This document shows positions 49,471 through 58,606 of a stretch of 64,000 bases of DNA, piece by piece (positions within the stretch are counted from its first letter, which is position 1; each line of letters begins with the position of its first letter). The DNA lies in assembly GCA_016182185.1 (NCBI GenBank), contig JACOXU010000003.1:123881-187880 (forward strand), in the 5' to 3' direction. The notes beneath the pieces were generated by a model. The model saw nothing but the letters and a program-made list of their open reading frames with translations. It had not been told where the DNA came from and ran no database searches. The DNA comes from Candidatus Levyibacteriota bacterium. GTDB lineage: Bacteria > Patescibacteriota > Microgenomatia > Levybacterales > UBA12049. The position numbers and the translations under genes are program-made.

Positions 49471-49860
49471 TTATTCTCTTGTTTTAACCAGCTGAAAGTA
49501 ATTTCCATCAGGATCCGCGAGGGTTGCTATCAAACCGTAATTTTCAACGTGATAGATGTCTGCAACAATTTTTACTTTTTCCTTTTTAAGTCTCTTTAAC
49601 TCTTTTTCTATATCATCTACTTCAAGATTAAACATTACTCTATCAGGTGAAACGCTCTTCCCTTTCACTTTGGAATGATCAATTATATAAAGACTGACAT
49701 TATTTTTGAGATCAAATCCAATTCCGTATTCATTATTTTCGCCAAATTCCATCTCTTCAATGACTTTAAGTTTCAAGGTATCTTTGTAAAATTTACCCAG
49801 TTTTTTTGCATCTGGTGATCCTATCAGGATTGTTTCAAGTCCTAGTATCATTTTTTCCAC
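49471..49860 (-). CDS. VOC/glyoxalase family protein
   Basis: KFYKDTLKL, FNLEVDDI, ADPDGNYFQL. Confidence 0.88.
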   Translation of the reverse strand: MEKMILGLETILIGSPDAKKLGKFYKDTLKLKVIEEMEFGENNEYGIGFDLKNNVSLYIIDHSKVKGKSVSPDRVMFNLEVDDIEKELKRLKKEKVKIVADIYHVENYGLIATLADPDGNYFQLVKTRE

Positions 49861-49869
49861 CTCCTTTGC

Positions 49870-49895
49870 CCGCCGAAGCCTTGTGCGAAGGCGGG
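49870..49895. repeat. REP-like palindrome CCCGCCGAAGCCTTGTGCGAAGGCGGG
   Basis: Hairpin; related CCCGCC-n-GGCGGG copies at 26720-26734, 28568-28582, 52178-52193 and 56387-56405. Confidence 0.7.
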
Positions 49896-49983
49896 TTCGC
49901 GCTTTACCAAGCTATAAAATCCCACTCAAAAAGTCAACCCCTTTCTTGCAAATAAATTGCTAATTGGTATAATTATCAACCGT

Positions 49984-50619
49984 ATGTCAGTCGAATCCTT
50001 AATCGGAAGAAAATATAGCCAAATTCTAGAAGCTCAATCCTATGTGAATGAAAAAGTTAGAAGAGAAAAGGAATTGGGCCATACAAGATCTCATATTTAT
50101 ATCGTTTCGAGTGTTTTTATAGATAAAGGACGAAAAGAACTTAAGGAAATTTCTGAAAAATTGAATAAATCAGGTATCAGGATTAATCCAATCTCCCACA
50201 TTCCTCTTTTCCGTCAAGTTCCCAAAACAGAGCGGAAAAAGGCAGGTTTGGCCTATGCAGCGCTTACTTTTGGAGTGGTAATGATTTCTGCTAAGCAACT
50301 CGTCGATGATAAGATATTCAGACCTTCGGAAATGGTTGGGCTGTTTAATTATTCTGTAGATGGAACTTTTATTCCTAAATGGAACTCGAATGGATTGGGA
50401 GATATCGCTATACCGAAACCCCAACAGCTACTTCTAAATAATTTTGCCCATGATGATCCTTCTCTTTCGTTCATATTCACAAAAGGATGGGAACAACTTC
50501 CCGAGCAATTAAGAAGAGTTATCGAGAACGTCGGTCTTGTTCCTCTGGCGACTACTGTACTTATCCCTCCCTATTCACGCCTTGTAAGAAAACAGATTAG
50601 AGAAACTAGAGGGCGATGA
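49984..50619 (+). CDS. Hypothetical protein
   Basis: ORF with TATAAT ending 10 nt before ATG 49984. Confidence 0.65.
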   Translation: MSVESLIGRKYSQILEAQSYVNEKVRREKELGHTRSHIYIVSSVFIDKGRKELKEISEKLNKSGIRINPISHIPLFRQVPKTERKKAGLAYAALTFGVVMISAKQLVDDKIFRPSEMVGLFNYSVDGTFIPKWNSNGLGDIAIPKPQQLLLNNFAHDDPSLSFIFTKGWEQLPEQLRRVIENVGLVPLATTVLIPPYSRLVRKQIRETRGR

Positions 50620-51229
50620 GTGATATTAAGCCTAGGCTTGTCCCAAGGAGTGCACCGCCTATCACATCGGAGGTCCAGTGTTCCCCCAGATAGACTCTGC
50701 TGACAAGCATAGCAATATCAAAGAGCAAAACTAGAGAGAAAAGTATGGTTTTCTGAAAGGGTGTTAGTTTTTTAGAACTTCCAATCATAAACATTAAAAC
50801 CATAGAAATAAATAGTGTCCGCGTGCTATGGCCGGACGGATAAGATGATCCCGGTTGAACATAAGAACTGGGAAAATTAAACGGAATATCGTTTCGAAAA
50901 AAAAGATAAGGAGGACCGGGATGAATAACAAAAATCTTTCCGTAAAGCTCAAGGAAAATCGCCGAAAAATATAAAATAAAAACCAATACAGCCTTAATTT
51001 TCCGCCTTATAATAACCAGAAATAACAAAAAAAGAGTTGATATTTCAAAACTACCTATAAGACTTAAAACTGAAAAAGGGGTGTCAAATCTTCTGCTTAT
51101 TCGGTCCTGAAGTTTAACCGTATTATCAAAATCTAATTGCGTAAATAAATCCTTGTGAACTAAATAAGAGAAGAGTATGAAAACCAAAAACAACAAAATA
51201 CCCAACAGAAAAAGATTTTTTTTATTCAT
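50606..51229 (-). CDS. PAP2 family phosphatase
   Basis: SYPSGH, SRVYLGEHWTSDVIGG. Confidence 0.92.
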   Translation of the reverse strand: MNKKNLFLLGILLFLVFILFSYLVHKDLFTQLDFDNTVKLQDRISRRFDTPFSVLSLIGSFEISTLFLLFLVIIRRKIKAVLVFILYFSAIFLELYGKIFVIHPGPPYLFFRNDIPFNFPSSYVQPGSSYPSGHSTRTLFISMVLMFMIGSSKKLTPFQKTILFSLVLLFDIAMLVSRVYLGEHWTSDVIGGALLGTSLGLISLIAL

Positions 51230-51235
51230 GAAGAT

Positions 51236-52126
51236 CTAGAACTTTAACCCTTCGAGAAACTTGCGGAAATCTCCATTTATATCTTCGTGTTCAAGCCCAA
51301 ATTCAACCACAGTCTTCATGTATTCGAGCTTGTTTCCTGTATCATAGTACTTTCCGCCTCTAATTTCTGAGGCAATCATTCTTTTTTCATCCGAAAGCAT
51401 GAGTTTAAGCGCATCGTTATAATATAGCTCCTCCCCTTCGTTTAAATTAGCCATTGCTTTATGAATATATTCAAAAATATCCGGAGTAAATATAAATCCT
51501 GAGACAGTAGCAAGATCAGACGGTGCATTTTTTTTGCCGGGTTTTTCTATGATCTTATCTACATCAATTAAACCCTCCTTTAATTTTTTTCCTCCTGCAA
51601 ATCCATATTTTTCATAATCCCCTTCGCTTCTTGCCTTGACAGCGCTTAAAACAGAACATCCATACTCCTCGTACACATTAATTAACTGTTTAAAACGCGA
51701 AGGATCAGCCTTGATAAAATCATCGCTCCAGGTATAAATAAATGGCTCATCGCCAATGATTGCCTCAACATTAAGAAGCGGGGTTCCATTCCCGTATGGC
51801 CCTTTTTGCCTTATGTATACAAAATTTGCCAGAGTTGAAATATTCTCAACATCTTCAATCAGTTTAAGTTTTGTTTCCCCGCCGTTACGGAGATTTTCAA
51901 TAAGCTCAAGACTGGGTCTATCGAAATGATCTTCGATTGTTCTTTTGTGATATCCTGTAACAATAATTATGTCTTCTATTCCAACTCCGACAAGTTCTTC
52001 CACAATATATTGAATTATCGGCTTGTCAACAATTGGCAGCATTTCCTTAGGCATCGCCTTTGTTTGAGGCAAAAATCTGGTGCCAAAACCTGCCGCGGGA
52101 ATTACAGCCTTGCGTATTTTCTTCAT
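51236..52126 (-). CDS. galU: UTP--glucose-1-phosphate uridylyltransferase
   Basis: KAVIPAAGFGTRFLP.TKAMPKEMLP, IEKP, YDTG. Confidence 0.9.
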   Translation of the reverse strand: MKKIRKAVIPAAGFGTRFLPQTKAMPKEMLPIVDKPIIQYIVEELVGVGIEDIIIVTGYHKRTIEDHFDRPSLELIENLRNGGETKLKLIEDVENISTLANFVYIRQKGPYGNGTPLLNVEAIIGDEPFIYTWSDDFIKADPSRFKQLINVYEEYGCSVLSAVKARSEGDYEKYGFAGGKKLKEGLIDVDKIIEKPGKKNAPSDLATVSGFIFTPDIFEYIHKAMANLNEGEELYYNDALKLMLSDEKRMIASEIRGGKYYDTGNKLEYMKTVVEFGLEHEDINGDFRKFLEGLKF

Positions 52127-52343
52127 AACAAACTAGTCTATCGTCATATGGTAAATGGTAAATTGTAAATTGTCAATCCCGCCAAGAGGCGGGACTCTTT
52201 ACATGTCAGTTAACTTTTGTTAAAATAACAAAAGCAAATTCTAAATTCAAAATCCTAAATTCTAAATAAACTCAATATCAGAATTTTGAAAATTAAAAAT
52301 TATTTGGGATTTGGTGCTTGAAATTTGGGATTTATTTTTTGTT

Positions 52344-52529
52344 ATGGCAACCACACCAACGGTTTTCTTAAAGGAAGTTCAGGATGAGCTTAAGAAGGTT
52401 ACCTGGCCCACCAGAAGTGAGGTTATAAGACTCACCGCTGTAGTAATCATTGTAAGTCTTATCGTCGGGGTTTTTTTAGGCGGATTGGATTTTGTTTTTG
52501 TCAACGTTACAAAACTATTACTAAAATAG
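52344..52529 (+). CDS. secE: Preprotein translocase SecE
   Basis: FLKEVQDELKKVTWPTR + TM; upstream of nusG. Confidence 0.94.
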   Translation: MATTPTVFLKEVQDELKKVTWPTRSEVIRLTAVVIIVSLIVGVFLGGLDFVFVNVTKLLLK

Positions 52530-52568
52530 TTTAGAAATTAGAAATTAAGATTTAGAAATTTTAAGGAT

Positions 52569-53159
52569 ATGGATACTCAAAAAACAGAACAGTCAAAGGA
52601 AAATATACCGTCCAAATCGGACAAAAAAGTTTCAGGACAAGATAAGTGGTACATAGTTCATACCTACTCGGGCCATGAAGACAGAGTTACCAAGTCTCTC
52701 AAACAAAGAGTTCAAAGTTTGGGTTTTGAGGACAGAATTTTTGATATTATCGTTCCTAAACGAAATACAATCAAGGTGTCAGGAGGCAAAAAGGAATCCG
52801 TCAAGGAAAAGATTTTCCCCGGATATATTATAGTCAGAATGATCTTAGATGATGAGAGCTGGCTTTTGGTTCGAACCACACAAGGCGTTACCTCTTTCAT
52901 TGGTGCCGGAAATAAACCGACTCCGATTTCCGAAAAGGAAGTAGAAGCTATTCAGAAATTTATGACCATGGAGGAACCCCTTTACAAAGCTGCTTTTACC
53001 AAGGGTGAAGCTGTAAAAATTATTGACGGGCCCTTCGCAGACTTCTTAGGAACCATCGACGAGATTGATGAAGCCAAAGGGAGGCTTAAGGTTTTGGTTT
53101 CAATCTTCGGGCGCGAAACACCCGTGGAATTGGACTTTCTGCAGGTGACGAAGCTTTAA
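52569..53159 (+). CDS. nusG: Transcription factor NusG
   Basis: [31 protein letters not shown]. Confidence 0.97.
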   Translation: MDTQKTEQSKENIPSKSDKKVSGQDKWYIVHTYSGHEDRVTKSLKQRVQSLGFEDRIFDIIVPKRNTIKVSGGKKESVKEKIFPGYIIVRMILDDESWLLVRTTQGVTSFIGAGNKPTPISEKEVEAIQKFMTMEEPLYKAAFTKGEAVKIIDGPFADFLGTIDEIDEAKGRLKVLVSIFGRETPVELDFLQVTKL

Positions 53160-53261
53160 TTCTAAAATAGAAAATCAAAAATAAAAGATAAAAAATACAT
53201 ATGAAAAATAAAATAGAAAGAAATATTTTATATTTAATTTTTAATATTTAATATTCCAACC

Positions 53262-53684
53262 ATGGCAAAAAAGATTAAAACTATTATTAAATTAAATATC
53301 TCAGGCGGAGAAGCAACTCCTGCTCCGCCCGTGGGTCCGGCATTGGGGCAGCACGGACTCCCTATCATGGAGTTTGTCAAAGCCTTCAACGATAAAACTG
53401 CCGATCAAAAAGGAACTATAATTCCTGCGGTTATTACTGTTTACGAAGACCGCACCTTTTCTTTTATCACCAAGAAACCGCCAGTGGCTGAAATGATCAA
53501 AAAAGCAGCAGGTCTTGAAAAAGGTTCCCAAAAACCGGGACGAGAATCAGGCGGAACACTGTCCAAAGCCCAGGTTGAAGAAATTGCCAAAGCCAAGATG
53601 GAAGATCTCAACGCAAATGATCTTGAGGCAGCAGCGAAAATTGTTGAAGGTGCAGCAAGATCAATGGGAATACAAGTAAAGTAG
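53262..53684 (+). CDS. rplK: 50S ribosomal protein L11
   Basis: [23 protein letters not shown]. Confidence 0.98.
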   Translation: MAKKIKTIIKLNISGGEATPAPPVGPALGQHGLPIMEFVKAFNDKTADQKGTIIPAVITVYEDRTFSFITKKPPVAEMIKKAAGLEKGSQKPGRESGGTLSKAQVEEIAKAKMEDLNANDLEAAAKIVEGAARSMGIQVK

Positions 53685-53773
53685 CTCAGAGTTAAAAACT
53701 AAGAGTTAAAAGTTAAAAAAGTTTTTAGTTATTCGTTTTTAGTTCTTAGCTTGACTGACTGAAAGGAAAAAAC

Positions 53774-54601
53774 ATGGGAAAAGTAAGAGTAAAAACTTTC
53801 GGGTTACCCGAAGAAGAACAAGAAAAGAAAAAGTTAAAGCAAAAAAAAGAAGCCAAAAAGATGGCCAAAGCTCCCGGTCTTAAGGGCGGAGAGCGCGTAG
53901 TTTCTGTGGGCCCAAGCGAGGAAGAAATTTTGGAATCTGCAGAAAATGTTCAAGAAGTCTCTGAGGAAACTCAGGAAAAAAAGACAAAATCGAAAAAAGA
54001 AAAATTCATTAAAAAAAGGACGAGATCCCAAAGATACCAGCAAAGCGCACAGGTTTTGGACAAAACAAAAACATATTCGTTAAATCAAGCGTTGGAGCTT
54101 CTTTCCAAATTCCAGAAAACAAAATTCGATGAAACAGTCGAGCTTCACGTCAATACAACTCAAGGCGGTGTTTCCGCAACTATTGCCCTTCCCCATGGAA
54201 CAGGCAAGAAAGTGCGGGTTGCTGTTGCGGATGAGAAATTAATTACAGAAATAGAAACAGGGAAGATTAATTTTGACATACTTGTCTCAACTCCTGCGAT
54301 GATGCCCAAGCTTGCCAAAGTTGCCAAAATTTTAGGCCCGCGTGGACTTATGCCCAATCCCAAAAATGGTACGATAACCGACAAACCCCAGGATCTTATC
54401 AAAAAGTATGAAGACGGACAGATTAATATCCGAACAGAAGCCAAAGCTCCATTAATTCACCTCACAGTGGGTAAAGTTTCTTTTGGAGAAAAAAAACTGG
54501 CGGACAATATAGAAAGCATAATCAGTGCAATCAAGAAGGAAAATATCACAAAAGTCATCCTTAAATCCACCATGTCCCCCGGAATAAAAATTAAGGTATA
54601 A
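53774..54601 (+). CDS. rplA: 50S ribosomal protein L1 (N-terminal extension, shortened domain II)
   Basis: KFDETVE, LPHGTGK, LGPRGLMPNPK.GT, STMSPG. Confidence 0.95.
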   Translation: MGKVRVKTFGLPEEEQEKKKLKQKKEAKKMAKAPGLKGGERVVSVGPSEEEILESAENVQEVSEETQEKKTKSKKEKFIKKRTRSQRYQQSAQVLDKTKTYSLNQALELLSKFQKTKFDETVELHVNTTQGGVSATIALPHGTGKKVRVAVADEKLITEIETGKINFDILVSTPAMMPKLAKVAKILGPRGLMPNPKNGTITDKPQDLIKKYEDGQINIRTEAKAPLIHLTVGKVSFGEKKLADNIESIISAIKKENITKVILKSTMSPGIKIKV

Positions 54602-54617
54602 ATTAATTTTCTGCTCT

Positions 54618-55940
54618 TTATTTCAATTTGTCACTAACAAAGACGTCTCCTGCAAGCGGAATTCTTGGACCTCTTCTTATCTTCCACTTGGGTAATTCCC
54701 CGTGTTTTGAAAGCACTTCGTCATAATATGCGACATGTTGTCCAGCGATTATTTTCCAGGCAAATCTTTCCCGAACATCCTGTCCTGATTTCACTCTTAT
54801 TTCTCTGGCGGCCTCCTCCGGAAGACTTAAAACCCTATTTATCTGAGTTGCAAGACTATCGGAATCAAAAGGCCTTGCCATAAATCCATATAAATCATCA
54901 CCTATTGCCTCATTCTGTCCTCTAATGTCAGTACAAACCACCAATGTTCCACAGCTTCTGGCCTCAGCTATCGTTCTGTTGAATCCCTCTCCTCCAATTG
55001 ATGGAGCAACTACAACATCCGCACTTCTGTAAGCCCGCGCAAGATCTTCTTTGGATAAGACTCCAAGAAATTCTACGTCAGGAATGTCCTCTTTTTTAAC
55101 TATTTCTTTTAACCTTTCCGTCATGTCCCCTTTCCCGGCTAGTTTTAATTTAAGAGCATCAAATCCTACCCGTCTCAAAGAGGCATAAGCCTGCAAGAGA
55201 TATTCAAGTCCTTTCCGCCCGTCATGTCTTCCGGCAAAAAAGATCGTTTTCTTTCCATCTTCCCATTTTTCAAGTTTTGGGCCATCCGGATTAAAAAATC
55301 CTACATTAATTCCGTTATAAATCACTCTGTACTCTCCCGGAAACATTTCATTCCAAAACTGCGCAGTCCCATTTGAGACTGCAATTCTTCCGCTCAAAGT
55401 CTTTTCTATTGTATTTACATATCCCATAGTCAATCCTGTAGGAATACCATAACTAAACTTTGGCCTGCGAAGTATCTTTGCTGCAATTGTATATGCCCTG
55501 GCCAGCGCATCGATTCCATGCGGAGGATAACCGGCATGAAATTGTCCGACAACAGGAACTATCCTTTTTTCATTTTCATCTTTGGGAATAGCAGAAAATA
55601 GTGTGTGCGAAGAATTGGGAACACCCGGCTCATGGGAAATAATAATATGAGGCTTTACAGCCTCAAGAATCTGCCTTGCTCTTCCTTTATTAAATGTCAC
55701 AGCGGCATCAATTTTGGTTTCGATGACAGGAATACTTACGGGATTGCCTAAATGATAATCCGCCCTGTCACTTTGTCTATTTTTATTGGTAGGACCAAGT
55801 GTCCTCACATCACAGCCCTGTGCCTCAAGAAACGGGATTATTTCCTGTATAAAACTACTAACCCCGCTGGGATAATCAGTTCTGATCGGATATGGTGAAT
55901 GAATTAAGACTTTAAGACTTGATCGTCTTTCCTGATTCAT
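54618..55940 (-). CDS. Glycosyltransferase family 4 (PimA-like)
   Basis: IAVS, NGIN, FAGRHDGRKG, PSIGGEGF...EA. Confidence 0.85.
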   Translation of the reverse strand: MNQERRSSLKVLIHSPYPIRTDYPSGVSSFIQEIIPFLEAQGCDVRTLGPTNKNRQSDRADYHLGNPVSIPVIETKIDAAVTFNKGRARQILEAVKPHIIISHEPGVPNSSHTLFSAIPKDENEKRIVPVVGQFHAGYPPHGIDALARAYTIAAKILRRPKFSYGIPTGLTMGYVNTIEKTLSGRIAVSNGTAQFWNEMFPGEYRVIYNGINVGFFNPDGPKLEKWEDGKKTIFFAGRHDGRKGLEYLLQAYASLRRVGFDALKLKLAGKGDMTERLKEIVKKEDIPDVEFLGVLSKEDLARAYRSADVVVAPSIGGEGFNRTIAEARSCGTLVVCTDIRGQNEAIGDDLYGFMARPFDSDSLATQINRVLSLPEEAAREIRVKSGQDVRERFAWKIIAGQHVAYYDEVLSKHGELPKWKIRRGPRIPLAGDVFVSDKLK

Positions 55941-56020
55941 AGGGTGGATTCTAGCATTTCCCTAGTTAGGTTTCAATAAACTTCTTGACTATTCCAAAAT
56001 GTTTTGCTAAACTTACAAAA

Positions 56021-56158
56021 CCTAAGACAGCAAGAGTTCAGCGGCTAGCAATTAGTAATTAGCCACTAGAACATAAACACTTGCCGAGGATATTAGCAAC
56101 TAGCCACTAGTAGCTGGATACTAGTTGCTTCGCTACTCGCTTAGGCGAGTTTTTTTAT
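56021..56158 (+). ncRNA. L10 ribosomal protein leader with terminator-like hairpin
   Basis: CCTAAGACAGCAAG...CTTGCCGAGG kink-turn-type core, then ACTCGCTTAGGCGAGT-T7 before rplJ; promoter TTGACT-17-TAAACT upstream. Confidence 0.75.
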
Positions 56159-56174
56159 GAGCAAATAACTACAT

Positions 56175-56714
56175 ATGAGTAATAAAATAAGTACCAACAG
56201 ACAGAAAAAAGAACAGATAATTGCCGGCCTTAGCGAGAAGATCGAAAAGGCTCAAAGCATAGTCTTTACCAACTATCAGGGGCTTACTCACAAACAGCTT
56301 GAAGATCTTAAAAAAGCTTTAAGGGCTTTGAATGCAGAAATCATCGTAGTGAAAAATACCCTACTTGCCCGCGCGCTTCAAATTTCATCCGCCAATTCGG
56401 CGGATCAAATTTCAAATTTTGAGGGCCCTACCGGTGCCCTCTTTATCTATGAAGATATCATTCTTCCTCTAAAACAGCTAGCCAAAAGTATCAAATTATT
56501 AGGTTTGCCCACGATAAAATTTGGCATATTGGATAATCAAGCGCTAACCGGCGAACAGGTGCTAAAATTAGCCTCACTTCCCTCCCGTGAAGTCCTCCTA
56601 GCGCAAGTGGTCGGCGGACTCAAGTCGCCTATTTATGGACTACATCGCGCACTTAATTGGAACCTTAATAAACTTGCATTAACAATCTCTGCTATAAGGC
56701 AGAACAAATCCTAA
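56175..56714 (+). CDS. rplJ: 50S ribosomal protein L10
   Basis: YQGLT, VVKNTL, FEGPT, LASLPSRE. Confidence 0.95.
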   Translation: MSNKISTNRQKKEQIIAGLSEKIEKAQSIVFTNYQGLTHKQLEDLKKALRALNAEIIVVKNTLLARALQISSANSADQISNFEGPTGALFIYEDIILPLKQLAKSIKLLGLPTIKFGILDNQALTGEQVLKLASLPSREVLLAQVVGGLKSPIYGLHRALNWNLNKLALTISAIRQNKS

Positions 56715-56819
56715 GCACAAAATTCAAAACAGTTTGGAATTTGGGATTTTGAGAATTGGAATTTGTTTAGAATTTAGATATTTGGATTTAGAAATTACCG
56801 ACCGAAGGGAGGTGTACAT

Positions 56820-57221
56820 ATGGCAGAAAAGAAATCGAAAATTGATGAATTAATGAAGACAGTCGAGGAAATGTCTGTTCTTGAACTTTCAGAGTTTGTG
56901 AAAGCACTGGAAGAAAAATTTGGTGTAACTGCACAAGCTATGGCCACGTCAAACGTGGTTACAGGAGGAAGCGAAGCCGCGTCTGACGCGGAGCCGAAAG
57001 AGGAACAAACAGTCTTTAACGTAGTAGTCGCAAGTTCCGGCGCCAACAAAATCTCTGTTATCAAAGCCTTAAGAGAACTCGTTCCCACATTGGGACTTAA
57101 AGAAGCCAAAGATTTGGTCGATGCAGCTCCAAAAGAAGTAATGACCCAAGTCAACAAAAAAACAGCAGACGAAGCCAAGGAAAAACTCACGGCAGCCGGC
57201 GCAACAATAGAGCTAAAGTAA
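56820..57221 (+). CDS. rplL: 50S ribosomal protein L7/L12
   Basis: LEEKFGVTA, KISVIKALRE, LGLKEAKDLV. Confidence 0.97.
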   Translation: MAEKKSKIDELMKTVEEMSVLELSEFVKALEEKFGVTAQAMATSNVVTGGSEAASDAEPKEEQTVFNVVVASSGANKISVIKALRELVPTLGLKEAKDLVDAAPKEVMTQVNKKTADEAKEKLTAAGATIELK

Positions 57222-57233
57222 GAATCGCTAAAA

Positions 57234-57352
57234 AGTCTTAACGAGTCTTAATGAGATTTCTTAACGATCTTAACGATACGGGATCGTCAAATGTCATCAA
57301 ATGTCATCAAAGAAATGCGTTGTTCTTACGTAATTATCTGCGTAATTCTGCG
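57234..57352. repeat. Three consecutive short tandem-repeat blocks
   Basis: TCTTAA(C/T)GA x4, TCAAATGTCA x2.5, CGTAATT(A/C)T x2. Confidence 0.75.
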
Positions 57353-57471
57353 GAGGGCAACAAGTTGCCCCTTGACAAGAAGTGTTATGGTTTGTTATTT
57401 TGTAGATAGTTAACTTATATATTGATCCTAATTAAATATGGATTGATTAGAATAAATATAGTCTTGAGCCT

Positions 57472-57687
57472 ATGAGTAATCAAACTCTATCAATCAATAA
57501 TCTTCCTGATCTTCTTACTGTTCGTGAAGTTGCTCAAATTCTCCGTGTTTCTCCGCTTACTATAAAACGCTGGGGCAAAAGAGGTAAGCTTCCTGCCATC
57601 CGTATAAATTCCCGTGGCGACCGAAGATATAAAAAAGAAGCAGTAATGTGGCTACTTGGCATACAGGAAAAAAGAGAAATCCTCTAG
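57472..57687 (+). CDS. Excisionase/MerR-like helix-turn-helix protein
   Basis: LLTVREVAQILRVSPLTIKRW...GKLPAIR..RGDRRY. Confidence 0.88.
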   Translation: MSNQTLSINNLPDLLTVREVAQILRVSPLTIKRWGKRGKLPAIRINSRGDRRYKKEAVMWLLGIQEKREIL

Positions 57688-57781
57688 AAAATTCCTAAAT
57701 CCTAATTACCCTAATTACTCTAAATAAATCCCAAGTCCCAATTTTAAATTTTTAGATCAATTAGGTCAATTAGAAATTAGG

Positions 57782-58135
57782 TTAATTATTAATACTTAAT
57801 ATCCTTCCAAATATTCTGATTAGAGCTTCGCTTTCATCCTCAATAAACCCGATTGTCTGATGAGGCTTTCTACCCTCTGAGCTCTTCAGGATTTTTACCC
57901 AGTATTTAGTTTCTCTCATTTCTCTTTTGGCCTGTGTCATTTTAAACACGAAGTCTTTCCCTTCTGCAACTTTGGCTTTTTCATAAACCTCCTCTGCCAT
58001 TTTGATCTTGCGCGTAATCTGATTGGAAAGTACAAAATTCACACTGCTGTAAGGAAGTTTCTCCCTAAGCTCCATTGCGAAAGACAGGAGGTTCAATATC
58101 CTTCTCTCTATATAATGCGTTAGTTCAATACTCAT
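57782..58135 (-). CDS. Four helix bundle protein (23S rRNA IVS protein-like), degenerate
   Basis: IERR, LSNQI, KDFVFKM.QAKREMRETKYW, ESEALIRIF. Confidence 0.75.
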   Translation of the reverse strand: MSIELTHYIERRILNLLSFAMELREKLPYSSVNFVLSNQITRKIKMAEEVYEKAKVAEGKDFVFKMTQAKREMRETKYWVKILKSSEGRKPHQTIGFIEDESEALIRIFGRILSINN

Positions 58136-58197
58136 ATTATAAAATTTCTAAATCCTAATTATTCTAATTACTAATCAAATCCCAATTCTCCAATTTA

Positions 58198-58557
58198 TTA
58201 TTTAACTTTTTTATATATTGAATTGAAAATTAAGTTTAGTTCTTTTGCTTCCTGCCATAATATTCTTGCTTCTTCTTTTAACTGTGGGGCAGCAACTACA
58301 ATCATTCGCAGAAAATGTTTTACTTCTCTTGCTTCTTTTTTGCAGATTCCTATTTTATGCTTAAAATCTTGTTTACTTTCTGCATCATCCGCTTCTGAGT
58401 AATTTGCGCCAATACTTGTCTCTGCTTTAACAAGCTGACTAATCAAAGGGTTGGTTATTGGGTTTTTAGAAATTGACTTACAAAAGATAATGACATTCTT
58501 TCCAAACTTTGCCGTCCTCTCTTCCAGATCGTACTTGTTATTTATTTTTTTATTCAT
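58198..58557 (-). CDS. Four helix bundle protein (23S rRNA IVS protein-like)
   Basis: YDLEERT..F, QLVKAETSIGANYSEA, DFKHKIGICKKEARE, EAKELNLIF. Confidence 0.9.
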   Translation of the reverse strand: MNKKINNKYDLEERTAKFGKNVIIFCKSISKNPITNPLISQLVKAETSIGANYSEADDAESKQDFKHKIGICKKEAREVKHFLRMIVVAAPQLKEEARILWQEAKELNLIFNSIYKKVK

Positions 58558-58606
58558 TTATTAGGTTAATTAGGTCAATTAGAAATTAGTTCAATTTGCT
58601 GGTGAG

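Larger units (their letters stand above)
57689..58597. mobile_element. Candidate repeat-bracketed cassette(s) carrying two four-helix-bundle genes
   Basis: AATTAG/CTAATT 7-8-mer arrays at 57689-57787, 58141-58197 and 58558-58597 flank both ORFs. Confidence 0.4.

Noticed and set aside
57234-57352. CRISPR array
   Set aside because: Units are 9-10 nt with no unique spacers and no cas genes
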